From a virus (taxonomy: Duplodnaviria; Caudoviricetes): a stretch of DNA of 64,000 nt. The translations under genes and the position numbers were made by a program. Each line of letters opens with the position of its first letter. Positions within the stretch are counted from its first letter, which is position 1. The stretch spans positions 32,001-96,000 of the IMG/VR virus record IMGVR_UViG_3300020048_000007; one strand, 5' to 3'. The notes under the pieces were generated by a model that did not search any database, was not told the origin of the DNA, and saw only the letters and a program-made list of their open reading frames with translations. This document shows positions 56,932-64,000 of this stretch, one piece after another.

Positions 56932-57365
56932 TGTCTTCTCATTTTGACTGGAGCAGAGATCGGCGGGTCATCATCTACTTCGATAAATTCTTCTTGAAGA
57001 ATTTCTTTAACAGTAGCTTCGTCGATCACGCTAGCCCAAATACGTATATCTTCGAGTGCCTCATCACTTGTGTTAAGATATTTTTTAGGTTTGTCATTTA
57101 TGTTAAAGCGAGGAATGTGTCTATCTGTGCCGTCTGTATACAGAATTGGAAATTCGCCTTCATTCATCTCTTCCACACAAGCCCTTTTAGCATTCTTGAT
57201 GCAGTCGAATTCGCCCAATCGGGTTAAAGTTGTGGGAATGTTGTTGATCTGCCAGACGCGAGCCCCGTAGAATACTTCGTCAATCAGCCAGACCGAAGCC
57301 ATCTTGTCGCCGATTGTAAGCGACCAGCTTCTACCGTCAATTGTTGTCCAGATCATACAATACAA
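56928..57365 (-). CDS. Hypothetical protein
   Basis: 145 aa, GGAGG RBS. Confidence 0.6.
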   Translation of the reverse strand: MYCMIWTTIDGRSWSLTIGDKMASVWLIDEVFYGARVWQINNIPTTLTRLGEFDCIKNAKRACVEEMNEGEFPILYTDGTDRHIPRFNINDKPKKYLNTSDEALEDIRIWASVIDEATVKEILQEEFIEVDDDPPISAPVKMRRQ

Positions 57366-57380
57366 TTCCTCCGCTCTAGA

Positions 57381-57641
57381 TTACCAGTTGTTTTTAGAAT
57401 CCTGAAGCACTATCAACTGCCGCACCAACGCAGGATTAGCCTTGCCGTCAAGAGCCATCATAATCTGAACTAACAAAAAATTCTTTACAGAGTCAGGATT
57501 TTTCTTGCCAGTCTTGAATTCTTCCATCACCTTGGAATTCAACTCTAAAACACCTCTAATCGCTTTTAATATCTGAATTTCATCATTAAGCCTTCCAGTT
57601 TGATTAGGACCGCTCAGATCGATATCCTTGATATCGCTCAT
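57381..57641 (-). CDS. Stand-alone GatB/YqeY C-terminal-tail-like protein
   Basis: AIRGVLELNSKVMEEFKTGKKN...FLLVQIMMALDGKANPALVRQLI matches the GatB tail pattern V-x-x-YK-x-GK...FL-x-GQVMK...GKANP-x-x-V-x-x-LL. Confidence 0.6.
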   Translation of the reverse strand: MSDIKDIDLSGPNQTGRLNDEIQILKAIRGVLELNSKVMEEFKTGKKNPDSVKNFLLVQIMMALDGKANPALVRQLIVLQDSKNNW

Positions 57642-57643
57642 CC

Positions 57644-57853
57644 CTACTCCTCATTTAATTTAGACATAGGAATATAGGTGGTTTCGCACCCACCTTCCTC
57701 ATCGAAAGCCTCGACCGCTATGGCAGGAACACAGTCCCCCATGTAGTCCTCGCACGGCGCAAGATCGCCCAGCCCGCAACCACATTCACCATTGCACAGT
57801 CCGTCAGCACCTAACTGCCTGAGCTGAATTGCTATCATATCAAGAACTCTCAT
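57644..57853 (-). CDS. Small Cys-rich protein
   Basis: DGLCNGECGCGLGDLAPC...DCVP. Confidence 0.6.
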   Translation of the reverse strand: MRVLDMIAIQLRQLGADGLCNGECGCGLGDLAPCEDYMGDCVPAIAVEAFDEEGGCETTYIPMSKLNEE

Positions 57854-57856
57854 TGT

Positions 57857-58093
57857 TTAGTCCCTATCCCCATAGTTCTCAATATCATATTGCTCAGCCT
57901 CATAGTACATCGCCAACTCTATATTCTCCGCCTCTTCTTGGCACGCTAGCATCAATTCATGGCTGCATGGGACTGGTTTCACAGTATGATACATCCACAC
58001 AATATAATGCGGATCTATAATCGACACATCACCAGGCGTCATACCTCTATACTTGCCAAAAGTAAGACAAACCTCATCAATATCCTTAGACAT
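57857..58093 (-). CDS. DUF3820-like small protein
   Basis: LTFGKYRG...DPHYIVW. Confidence 0.65.
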   Translation of the reverse strand: MSKDIDEVCLTFGKYRGMTPGDVSIIDPHYIVWMYHTVKPVPCSHELMLACQEEAENIELAMYYEAEQYDIENYGDRD

Positions 58094-58197
58094 CTATCAC
58101 TCCTATTCTATAACACATAAAATACAAAAGGGCTACTGAAGCAATAATAATAAAAGTAAATATAGCGACATTCCATGCAATTCCATAGGACACTGTG

Positions 58198-58929
58198 ATG
58201 ATAATCGCATACTATCCAATTCACTACGGCTCAGATTACTTAGGTTACAGTATCAAAAGCATATATGACCGAGTTGACCAGATCCATATTTTATATGCAC
58301 AGAACCCCTCACACGGGCATGGCACAAATCTTAAAAACCCAGACACATTCGGTAAATTACTAGAAGCTAGCTCGCAATTCGGAGACCCCCATAATAAAAT
58401 AGTATGGCATCACGGTGAATGGCCATACGAAGGTGCTCAACGAGACACTATTAATAAAATCGCTTCAAAAGTAAACGCAGACATGATATTGGCAGTCGAT
58501 GCAGATGAAATATGGGACGAAAACGTTCTAGACCAGGCAATAACAGACGCATTCCAAAATAACAAAAAATTTAACCTAATCAGAATGTTAACGTTCTGGC
58601 GATGCTTCAATAAAGTAGTAACAGATGAAATGTGCCCAAACAGGATAATTCTACCAAAAGCAGAAGAAGGTACAAATTATCTTACCGGCAGGGTCCACCA
58701 CTTCGGATACGCCAGAACAATCGAAAACATAGAATACAAAATGTCGATCCACGGCCACAAAAACGAATGGCGAAAAGAATGGATAGACATATACAAAAAT
58801 TGGCCCCACTCAAGAAACACAGACCTGCACCCAACATGCGAAAACATGTGGACCGTAGAAGATTTTGATAAAACCACCCTGCCAGATTTCATGCACCAAC
58901 ACCCATACTACGATTTAGAAATAATCTAA
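58198..58929 (+). CDS. Glycosyltransferase family 2-like
   Basis: YLGYSIKSIY...EGAQRD...ILAVDADEIW...VHHFGY. Confidence 0.75.
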   Translation: MIIAYYPIHYGSDYLGYSIKSIYDRVDQIHILYAQNPSHGHGTNLKNPDTFGKLLEASSQFGDPHNKIVWHHGEWPYEGAQRDTINKIASKVNADMILAVDADEIWDENVLDQAITDAFQNNKKFNLIRMLTFWRCFNKVVTDEMCPNRIILPKAEEGTNYLTGRVHHFGYARTIENIEYKMSIHGHKNEWRKEWIDIYKNWPHSRNTDLHPTCENMWTVEDFDKTTLPDFMHQHPYYDLEII

Positions 58930-58938
58930 GAGGTAAAA

Positions 58939-59445
58939 ATGGGCGAGCTAATAATGGGCAAAGGATCATACGGAAGTATAGTGAGACGAGGAGTCCACAA
59001 TAGTATCACAGTTGGTAATTATTGCTCCATAGCAGAAGGATGCATCTGTGACGGCGGTTTCGGCCACAACACCAAATTTGTAACAACATATCCTTTAAAC
59101 GTCAACATGAGAGACTGCAGTCAACTTACCGGACACCCTGTCTGGAAAGGAGACATCATAATAGGTAATGATGTATGGATCGGTGAACATTGTATGCTCA
59201 TGAGCGGAATAAAAATTGGAGATGGAGCAGTAATCGGCGCTAGATCGATAGTCACCAAAGATATACCACCATACACAATAGCGGCAGGCTCCCCAGCCAG
59301 AGTAATCAAAAAACGATTCACCGATGATCAAATAGAAAAGTTGTTAAAAATAAAATGGTGGGACTGGGACGAACAAAAAATAGTCGACAATGCTCACCTG
59401 TTAATGAACACTAATATCGACAATTTCACATCTTTGCACCTCTGA
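58939..59445 (+). CDS. Hexapeptide-repeat O-acetyltransferase (CatB/Vat-like fold)
   Basis: [67 protein letters not shown]. Confidence 0.88.
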   Translation: MGELIMGKGSYGSIVRRGVHNSITVGNYCSIAEGCICDGGFGHNTKFVTTYPLNVNMRDCSQLTGHPVWKGDIIIGNDVWIGEHCMLMSGIKIGDGAVIGARSIVTKDIPPYTIAAGSPARVIKKRFTDDQIEKLLKIKWWDWDEQKIVDNAHLLMNTNIDNFTSLHL

Positions 59446-59455
59446 AAGAAACCAA

Positions 59456-60016
59456 ATGCTAGATTCTGCTAGAAACCTGTCGACGACAACAAGAGAAACT
59501 GTAAGCCAAACAGACCTATCTAAAAACATACATAAAATAGAGAACACTTTTGCTCATTATTATACGGCTTCCCCAGGTGCTGAACATTATAGGCTATTAG
59601 CACATATCAGTTATTTCACTAACGGAACCAATATCCTAGACATCGGAACTTATCTAGGATATTCATCGATAGCATTAAGCCAAAACAATAACAATAAAAT
59701 TATTTCATACGACGTTAACAAACAACACAACCAAGAAGATCACGATAATGTTACTTATCGGATAGGTGATGCTAGAGACTTTGAGGATTTTGAAAACACA
59801 AAAGTGATATTGTTAGATACATATCACGACGGTGTATATGAAGAAAAATTCATAGAACATTTAAGATCGATAAAATGGCATGGGTTACTCATCATGGATG
59901 ATATCCATGAATACCCGCAGTTGAAAGAATTATACGACAAATTGCCAGAAGAAAAATACGACATTACAAATATTGGTCACTGGTCAGGGACTGGTATAGT
60001 ACTATTTCAAAGATAA
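59456..60016 (+). CDS. Class I SAM methyltransferase (Methyltransf_24-like)
   Basis: ILDIGTYLGYSSIAL, ILLDTYH, LLIMDDI. Confidence 0.8.
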   Translation: MLDSARNLSTTTRETVSQTDLSKNIHKIENTFAHYYTASPGAEHYRLLAHISYFTNGTNILDIGTYLGYSSIALSQNNNNKIISYDVNKQHNQEDHDNVTYRIGDARDFEDFENTKVILLDTYHDGVYEEKFIEHLRSIKWHGLLIMDDIHEYPQLKELYDKLPEEKYDITNIGHWSGTGIVLFQR

Positions 60017-60053
60017 ACTAAAACTCCCTTAATCAATTGGATATCGCGATATA

Positions 60054-60692
60054 ATGATAAATCTTGATAGGATCACGGCTGTTTGCTGGGATGGACGGCC
60101 TTTGACACCGGAGCGCTCATCTAGATATCAAGCTATTTTTAAGCATATGTCAAACAAGTTCAAATTTGCTGCGATTAACTTATATATAAATGGTAGCTTT
60201 AACTATGAAGGAGTGAAAGTTACCAACATTAATGAATCTAGCATAAACGATTACAATATATGGTGCCAAACCAAATTAGCTGACTCTTTTAACACTGATT
60301 TTGTTTTAGTATTTCAAGACGATGGCTTCCCAATACATCCTGATAATTGGAAAAACGAGTTTTACGAATATGACTACATAGGTGCGCCATGGCCCTTATA
60401 TATAGGATGGCCAAAAGAAAATTTTCAGGTAGGTAATGGCGGTTTTAGTTTAAGATCGAAGAAAATATGCACAAGAGTACAAAAATTCCCTGTTACAACT
60501 AGCAATGAAGATGCAGTTCTCTGCTCAAATTATAAACCATTGCTGGAGAAAGAGGGCTTTAAATGGGCACCCATAGATGTGGCTAAAAGCTTTGCTATTG
60601 AATTCCCAATAGACGAAAAACATTCATTAGCCAGCGTATTTGGATATCATGGAAATGTGCATAATCATGATATATCTAAGATTATATTTTGA
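60054..60692 (+). CDS. DUF5672-like protein (glycosyltransferase-associated)
   Basis: VLVFQDDGF...FYEYDYIGAPW...VGNGGFSLRS...NEDA...FGYHG. Confidence 0.75.
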   Translation: MINLDRITAVCWDGRPLTPERSSRYQAIFKHMSNKFKFAAINLYINGSFNYEGVKVTNINESSINDYNIWCQTKLADSFNTDFVLVFQDDGFPIHPDNWKNEFYEYDYIGAPWPLYIGWPKENFQVGNGGFSLRSKKICTRVQKFPVTTSNEDAVLCSNYKPLLEKEGFKWAPIDVAKSFAIEFPIDEKHSLASVFGYHGNVHNHDISKIIF

Positions 60693-60767
60693 AGCAGTGT
60701 TTTGATTCTACTAGGCCGAAAAACGTTGTAACAACGGACGATTAAAAATAATATGAGGAGCTAAATA

Positions 60768-61403
60768 ATGAGCATTATGATAGGCATACCTGTAATTTAT
60801 AATGAGACTTGTGTAAGAATATGCTTAGAACACTTAAAAAATCAAAACACCGAATTATTCATAATAGACAACAACTCAGAAGAATCGATCAAAAAACTAA
60901 TCGAACCATATAAAAAAATAGTAAACGCACAAAACGTATACGTGAACCCAGCATGGAACCAAATACTAGAGGAATTCCTTAAAACAGACCATGACCTATT
61001 AGTCATAATGAATAGCGATCTATACCTTAATCACGACGTGATAAAGAAACTAAGCGAACTAGACTTAGATAGAGATAAAACCATAGCATGTCTAAACCTA
61101 GTAGACCTCTTCTATGAATGCGAGAGGCAAATAACCTATGTTAATGGTGGCGTAGCAGGCGTCTTTATCCCTTTAACCCAAAAAATGGCAAGAGAAGTAT
61201 ACCCAATACCGCCAGAACTAAAAATCTGGTACGGTGATAACTGGATATATGAAAAACTCAAAAAAATAGGCTACCAGCTAACAATATTTAACGATTTACA
61301 AGCCCAACACATCTGGAGCAGTAGCGTTGGCGTACTGCCAGAAGCACACCAAGTTATAGAACAGGACCAACTAGCATGGCCGACAGTACAGACACGCATC
61401 TGA
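60768..61403 (+). CDS. Glycosyltransferase family 2-like
   Basis: IGIPVI...FIIDNNS...NVYVNPAWNQ...VIMNSDL...IWYGDNWIY. Confidence 0.75.
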   Translation: MSIMIGIPVIYNETCVRICLEHLKNQNTELFIIDNNSEESIKKLIEPYKKIVNAQNVYVNPAWNQILEEFLKTDHDLLVIMNSDLYLNHDVIKKLSELDLDRDKTIACLNLVDLFYECERQITYVNGGVAGVFIPLTQKMAREVYPIPPELKIWYGDNWIYEKLKKIGYQLTIFNDLQAQHIWSSSVGVLPEAHQVIEQDQLAWPTVQTRI

Positions 61404-61972
61404 CCCGCGACATCATAATCAACAGACTTATCCAACAAAAAGAATACAAATCATACCTAGAAATAGGAATCCAATACAAAGTCAATTGGAACCTTATTAA
61501 ATGCCAAGACATGGTCGGCGTAGAACCGTCAGCAGATGAAATGCATGACGACAGAATAATCAAAGTCACAAGCGATCAATACTTCGCAAACCACACCAAA
61601 ACTTTTGACATTATATTCATAGACGGCGACCATAACGCACCAACCGTAAGCAGAGATCTCGAAAATTCATTCAAAGTTTTAAACGAAGGAGGAACAGTTG
61701 TTCTACATGACACATATCCTCCAGAAGAAGAATTTACACACCCGTACAGATGTGGAACAGTATACGAAGCTGTCTGGCAATTCAGACAAAACCCAGGCTT
61801 CGACATACTCACATACCAACATGACTTCGGAGTCTGCCTTATGAAGAGAGGACAGACTGACAAGACAATACATCCAAAGACAACATACTCGGACTACGTG
61901 AACAACGCTAGAGAAATTATCAACTTAAAAAGCACAAACGAGGAATTTTACAGAGCACTAAAAGAATGGTGA
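61376..61972 (+). CDS. Class I SAM methyltransferase (Methyltransf_24-like)
   Basis: KSYLEIGI, FDIIFIDGDH, LNEGGTVVLHD. Confidence 0.85.
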   Translation: MADSTDTHLTRDIIINRLIQQKEYKSYLEIGIQYKVNWNLIKCQDMVGVEPSADEMHDDRIIKVTSDQYFANHTKTFDIIFIDGDHNAPTVSRDLENSFKVLNEGGTVVLHDTYPPEEEFTHPYRCGTVYEAVWQFRQNPGFDILTYQHDFGVCLMKRGQTDKTIHPKTTYSDYVNNAREIINLKSTNEEFYRALKEW

Positions 61973-61994
61973 TCTTAGGCATCTAACACTCCTA

Positions 61995-62360
61995 TTATAC
62001 TGCATCAGACGCGCACGGTTTATCGCCAAGATATAATTCGTACCGAAAACGGCTAGAATGCGGTTGGTGCGGATACAAAGTATTGCTCATGACACTGAGA
62101 GTACTAAATGTTTCAACATATCCGTCGCTGTACTTTAGTAGCAGTCCCGTTTCAAGGTCGCGTTTGACCCAATATACATTGAACTCGCTTTTGTTAAGTT
62201 TATCGACTTCTCGTGCCGTTGGCCTGATCGTGCCGTTAGCTATATCTAAAATTCTACACATCTGGTAGACCACCATCGCAGCAATCTTAGCCTCGCCATT
62301 TGGCAGAGAGTCAATAAATTCAAGCGGCGTCTTGGCCCCCACAACGATCTTGTCACTCAT
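61995..62360 (-). CDS. Hypothetical protein
   Basis: Probable start MSDKIVV at 62360 after GGAG. Confidence 0.6.
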   Translation of the reverse strand: MSDKIVVGAKTPLEFIDSLPNGEAKIAAMVVYQMCRILDIANGTIRPTAREVDKLNKSEFNVYWVKRDLETGLLLKYSDGYVETFSTLSVMSNTLYPHQPHSSRFRYELYLGDKPCASDAV

Positions 62361-62765
62361 CACATGCTCCATTATTAGCAAGCCTCATCAAATCGGGTTA
62401 GTATGATCTTGTGGGTCACCGCTTCTGTCGCATCTTTAGGTATCCACGTCGCTTCGGCCTCAGACGGCGAAACAAACTCGAAAGAGCGATAAAACCAAGG
62501 GAAATACCATTCGAACAATACCGTCTGATTCACAGTCGCTGAGACTCTATGAGGAGCCGGTACCAGGCCACTTTCAAATTGGGCGAAAAAGCGCGACGCC
62601 GCATCCACAAGCTCAGCAGGTGGAGCAATTGAATCTTCCCCATCAAAATTATTCTCATAATTTCGTATTCTAAGCAATTCAGAGTCAATAATTTCAAGTG
62701 ACGTCATCCTCTTGGCCTCCACAACGATCTTGTCACTCATCACACGCTCCATCATTAGCAAGCCT
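62331..62765. repeat. 55-bp direct repeat (62331-62385 and 62711-62765) covering the translation starts of two adjacent genes
   Basis: 3 mismatches in 55 nt. Weaker similarity continues about 25 nt further into both genes after a 6-nt indel. Confidence 0.9.
62375..62740 (-). CDS. Hypothetical protein
   Basis: Probable start MSDKIVV at 62740 after GGAG. Confidence 0.6.
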   Translation of the reverse strand: MSDKIVVEAKRMTSLEIIDSELLRIRNYENNFDGEDSIAPPAELVDAASRFFAQFESGLVPAPHRVSATVNQTVLFEWYFPWFYRSFEFVSPSEAEATWIPKDATEAVTHKIILTRFDEAC

Positions 62766-63239
62766 AGCCTTACGAGAACGCTCAGAAATCCTCATACGAA
62801 CCTCATCCGACACATTCCTAGCCCTAACACTAGCCTCACAACGCATCTCCTCAGACCAAGCACCCACCAACTTAGAATTCAAACGCTCCCTCAACACACC
62901 ACCATCAAAAACAATATCATACTTCACACAAAGACGCTGAACAGACGCAACAGAGGAATCAAACATCAACGCCAACTCGCCAATAGAATGCTTATCCCTA
63001 TTCTCCCGAATATACCTAATAGTCTCCTCATTATCAAGCTTACTCCTCATCTTAAGAGCACTAGCCTCACTACGAGACCGCTTAAGCCCAAGATGCTTAC
63101 ACAATTTAGCTATAGTACGCTCAGGCTCATAATAATACTCACCAATCTCTGCATGTGTCCAGCCCTCATTAAACAGTTTAATCGTCAGCTGCTTAATCTC
63201 ATCACTGAACCGCTCATGAACTGGAACTGGCGCAGGCAT
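62733..63239 (-). CDS. HTH / NUMOD3-like DNA-binding protein
   Basis: Two HTH-like segments (WTHAEIGEYY...TIAKLC; SIGELALMFDSSVASVQRLC) and the NUMOD3-like VSDEVRMRISE. Confidence 0.6.
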   Translation of the reverse strand: MPAPVPVHERFSDEIKQLTIKLFNEGWTHAEIGEYYYEPERTIAKLCKHLGLKRSRSEASALKMRSKLDNEETIRYIRENRDKHSIGELALMFDSSVASVQRLCVKYDIVFDGGVLRERLNSKLVGAWSEEMRCEASVRARNVSDEVRMRISERSRKARLANDGACDE

Positions 63240-63922
63240 TATATGCTCTCCTGACTCTTGCGAAGGTCGTAATACATATCCAATACCTTCTTCATATCAT
63301 CATTGGTGAACTTCTGCTTGGCTAAATTAGCCCACATGCATACTAATTGCACATTGCCCTCAATATATCCGCGCTTAGAATCAATACGGTCTATCGACAG
63401 AGCCATCAAATCCGACCACTTATGTGCCATTGTTAGCCCGCTAATAGCACATCTACCTTGATTTAATTCATAAAGTCTTCTGATGTATGAAAAAGAGACT
63501 TCAAATTCCACATCTCTCCTTCTTGCTCCTAATCTTTGTTTAGCTGTGCCTTTGCATCTTCGATAAACATAATTCAAAAATATGTCCATAGAAGATTGCC
63601 AATAGTCATTTGAATGCTTTCTAATTTTCTCCCTATTATCTTTATAATATTCTTTCTTGTATTTTAACAGCCTGGCGTTATTTTTGCTATAATAAACATT
63701 GGTATAGCCTTTTGCGCATTTTTTGCATATATTACAATCTTCTTTAAATTCAGAGTCCAGACGAGACACACCACAGCTCCTACAAAGATTCCTATCTATC
63801 AAAGGCTTTCGAGAAACCACAACTGTTTTACAATCCACACAGACCCATCTTTCGGGGGCTTTTTCTCTCAACATTCGTGAGGAACCGCATCGGCAAGTAT
63901 CAGGTCTCTTCAGAGTAGGCAT
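63239..63922 (-). CDS. His-Me finger (HNH-like) homing-type endonuclease with N-terminal Zn-binding motifs
   Basis: GRCAISG...SIDRIDSKRGYIEGNVQLVCMWANLAK. N-terminal CxC/CxxC pairs. Confidence 0.8.
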   Translation of the reverse strand: MPTLKRPDTCRCGSSRMLREKAPERWVCVDCKTVVVSRKPLIDRNLCRSCGVSRLDSEFKEDCNICKKCAKGYTNVYYSKNNARLLKYKKEYYKDNREKIRKHSNDYWQSSMDIFLNYVYRRCKGTAKQRLGARRRDVEFEVSFSYIRRLYELNQGRCAISGLTMAHKWSDLMALSIDRIDSKRGYIEGNVQLVCMWANLAKQKFTNDDMKKVLDMYYDLRKSQESI

Positions 63923-63924
63923 AT

Positions 63925-63999
63925 TTATCCTTCATATTGGCTTATTTGATCTATAACTGTCTGATCCTCTATGATATAAAATACATAGAAACGACAATA
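63925..63999 (-). CDS. Possible 3' end of a gene entering from beyond the window
   Basis: Open frame ...YIIEDQTVIDQISQYEG* ends 2 nt before the next ATG. Too short to be sure. Confidence 0.35.
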   Translation of the reverse strand, partial: YCRFYVFYIIEDQTVIDQISQYEG

Positions 64000-64000
64000 C

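Noticed and set aside
58939-59445. Antibiotic-resistance gene (catB/vat)
   Set aside because: The hexapeptide fold is shared with sugar O-acetyltransferases, and the gene sits among glycosyl- and methyltransferases, so glycan acetylation is more parsimonious.
60724-60736. Palindrome CGTTGT-A-ACAACG in an intergenic gap
   Set aside because: A single short instance with no second copy found; could be chance.
62712-63254. 180-aa plus-strand ORF (and similar ones at 20113, 58632 and 51192)
   Set aside because: The strand is A+C-rich or repetitive there, so stop codons are rare. The real gene is on the other strand or frame.

Overview
This window is best explained as part of a large tailed dsDNA (jumbo-type) bacteriophage genome in the standard genetic code. 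I saw no rRNA, tRNA, CRISPR array, integrase or reverse transcriptase. Layout: (1) 1-7.3 kb, virion-type genes: a partial low-complexity protein and two paralogous collagen-containing fibre/adhesin proteins, one with two LamG-like domains and a 26x SPPA(A/V) tail. (2) 7.4-16 kb, a trypsin-like protease, an acidic protein, a glycosyltransferase/CapK-like/methyltransferase cluster, RarA and an SNase-like nuclease. (3) 16-37.4 kb, one tightly packed minus-strand run: a ~2270-aa repetitive tail fibre with an inserted RCC1 propeller and a peptidase-S74 chaperone, three more RCC1-repeat proteins, a fibre chaperone, then a methyltransferase, TPR-GT9-like transferase, two GT25-like transferases, a sulfotransferase and a bifunctional HldE. 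(4) 37.5-58 kb, mostly small accessory genes, plus a PD-(D/E)XK nuclease, two metallophosphoesterases, candidate packaged head proteins, an ABC-type ATPase, a PHP-less 559-aa DnaE core and a stand-alone GatB-tail-like protein. (5) 58-64 kb, a third glycan-modification cluster and an HTH/HNH pair. The best candidate for a new system is the fibre/RCC1/heptose-glycosylation operon. Also notable are kb-scale flips in (A+C)/(G+T) strand skew and recent DNA exchange between RCC1 blades of different genes. All family assignments come from motif recognition by eye; no database searches were run.
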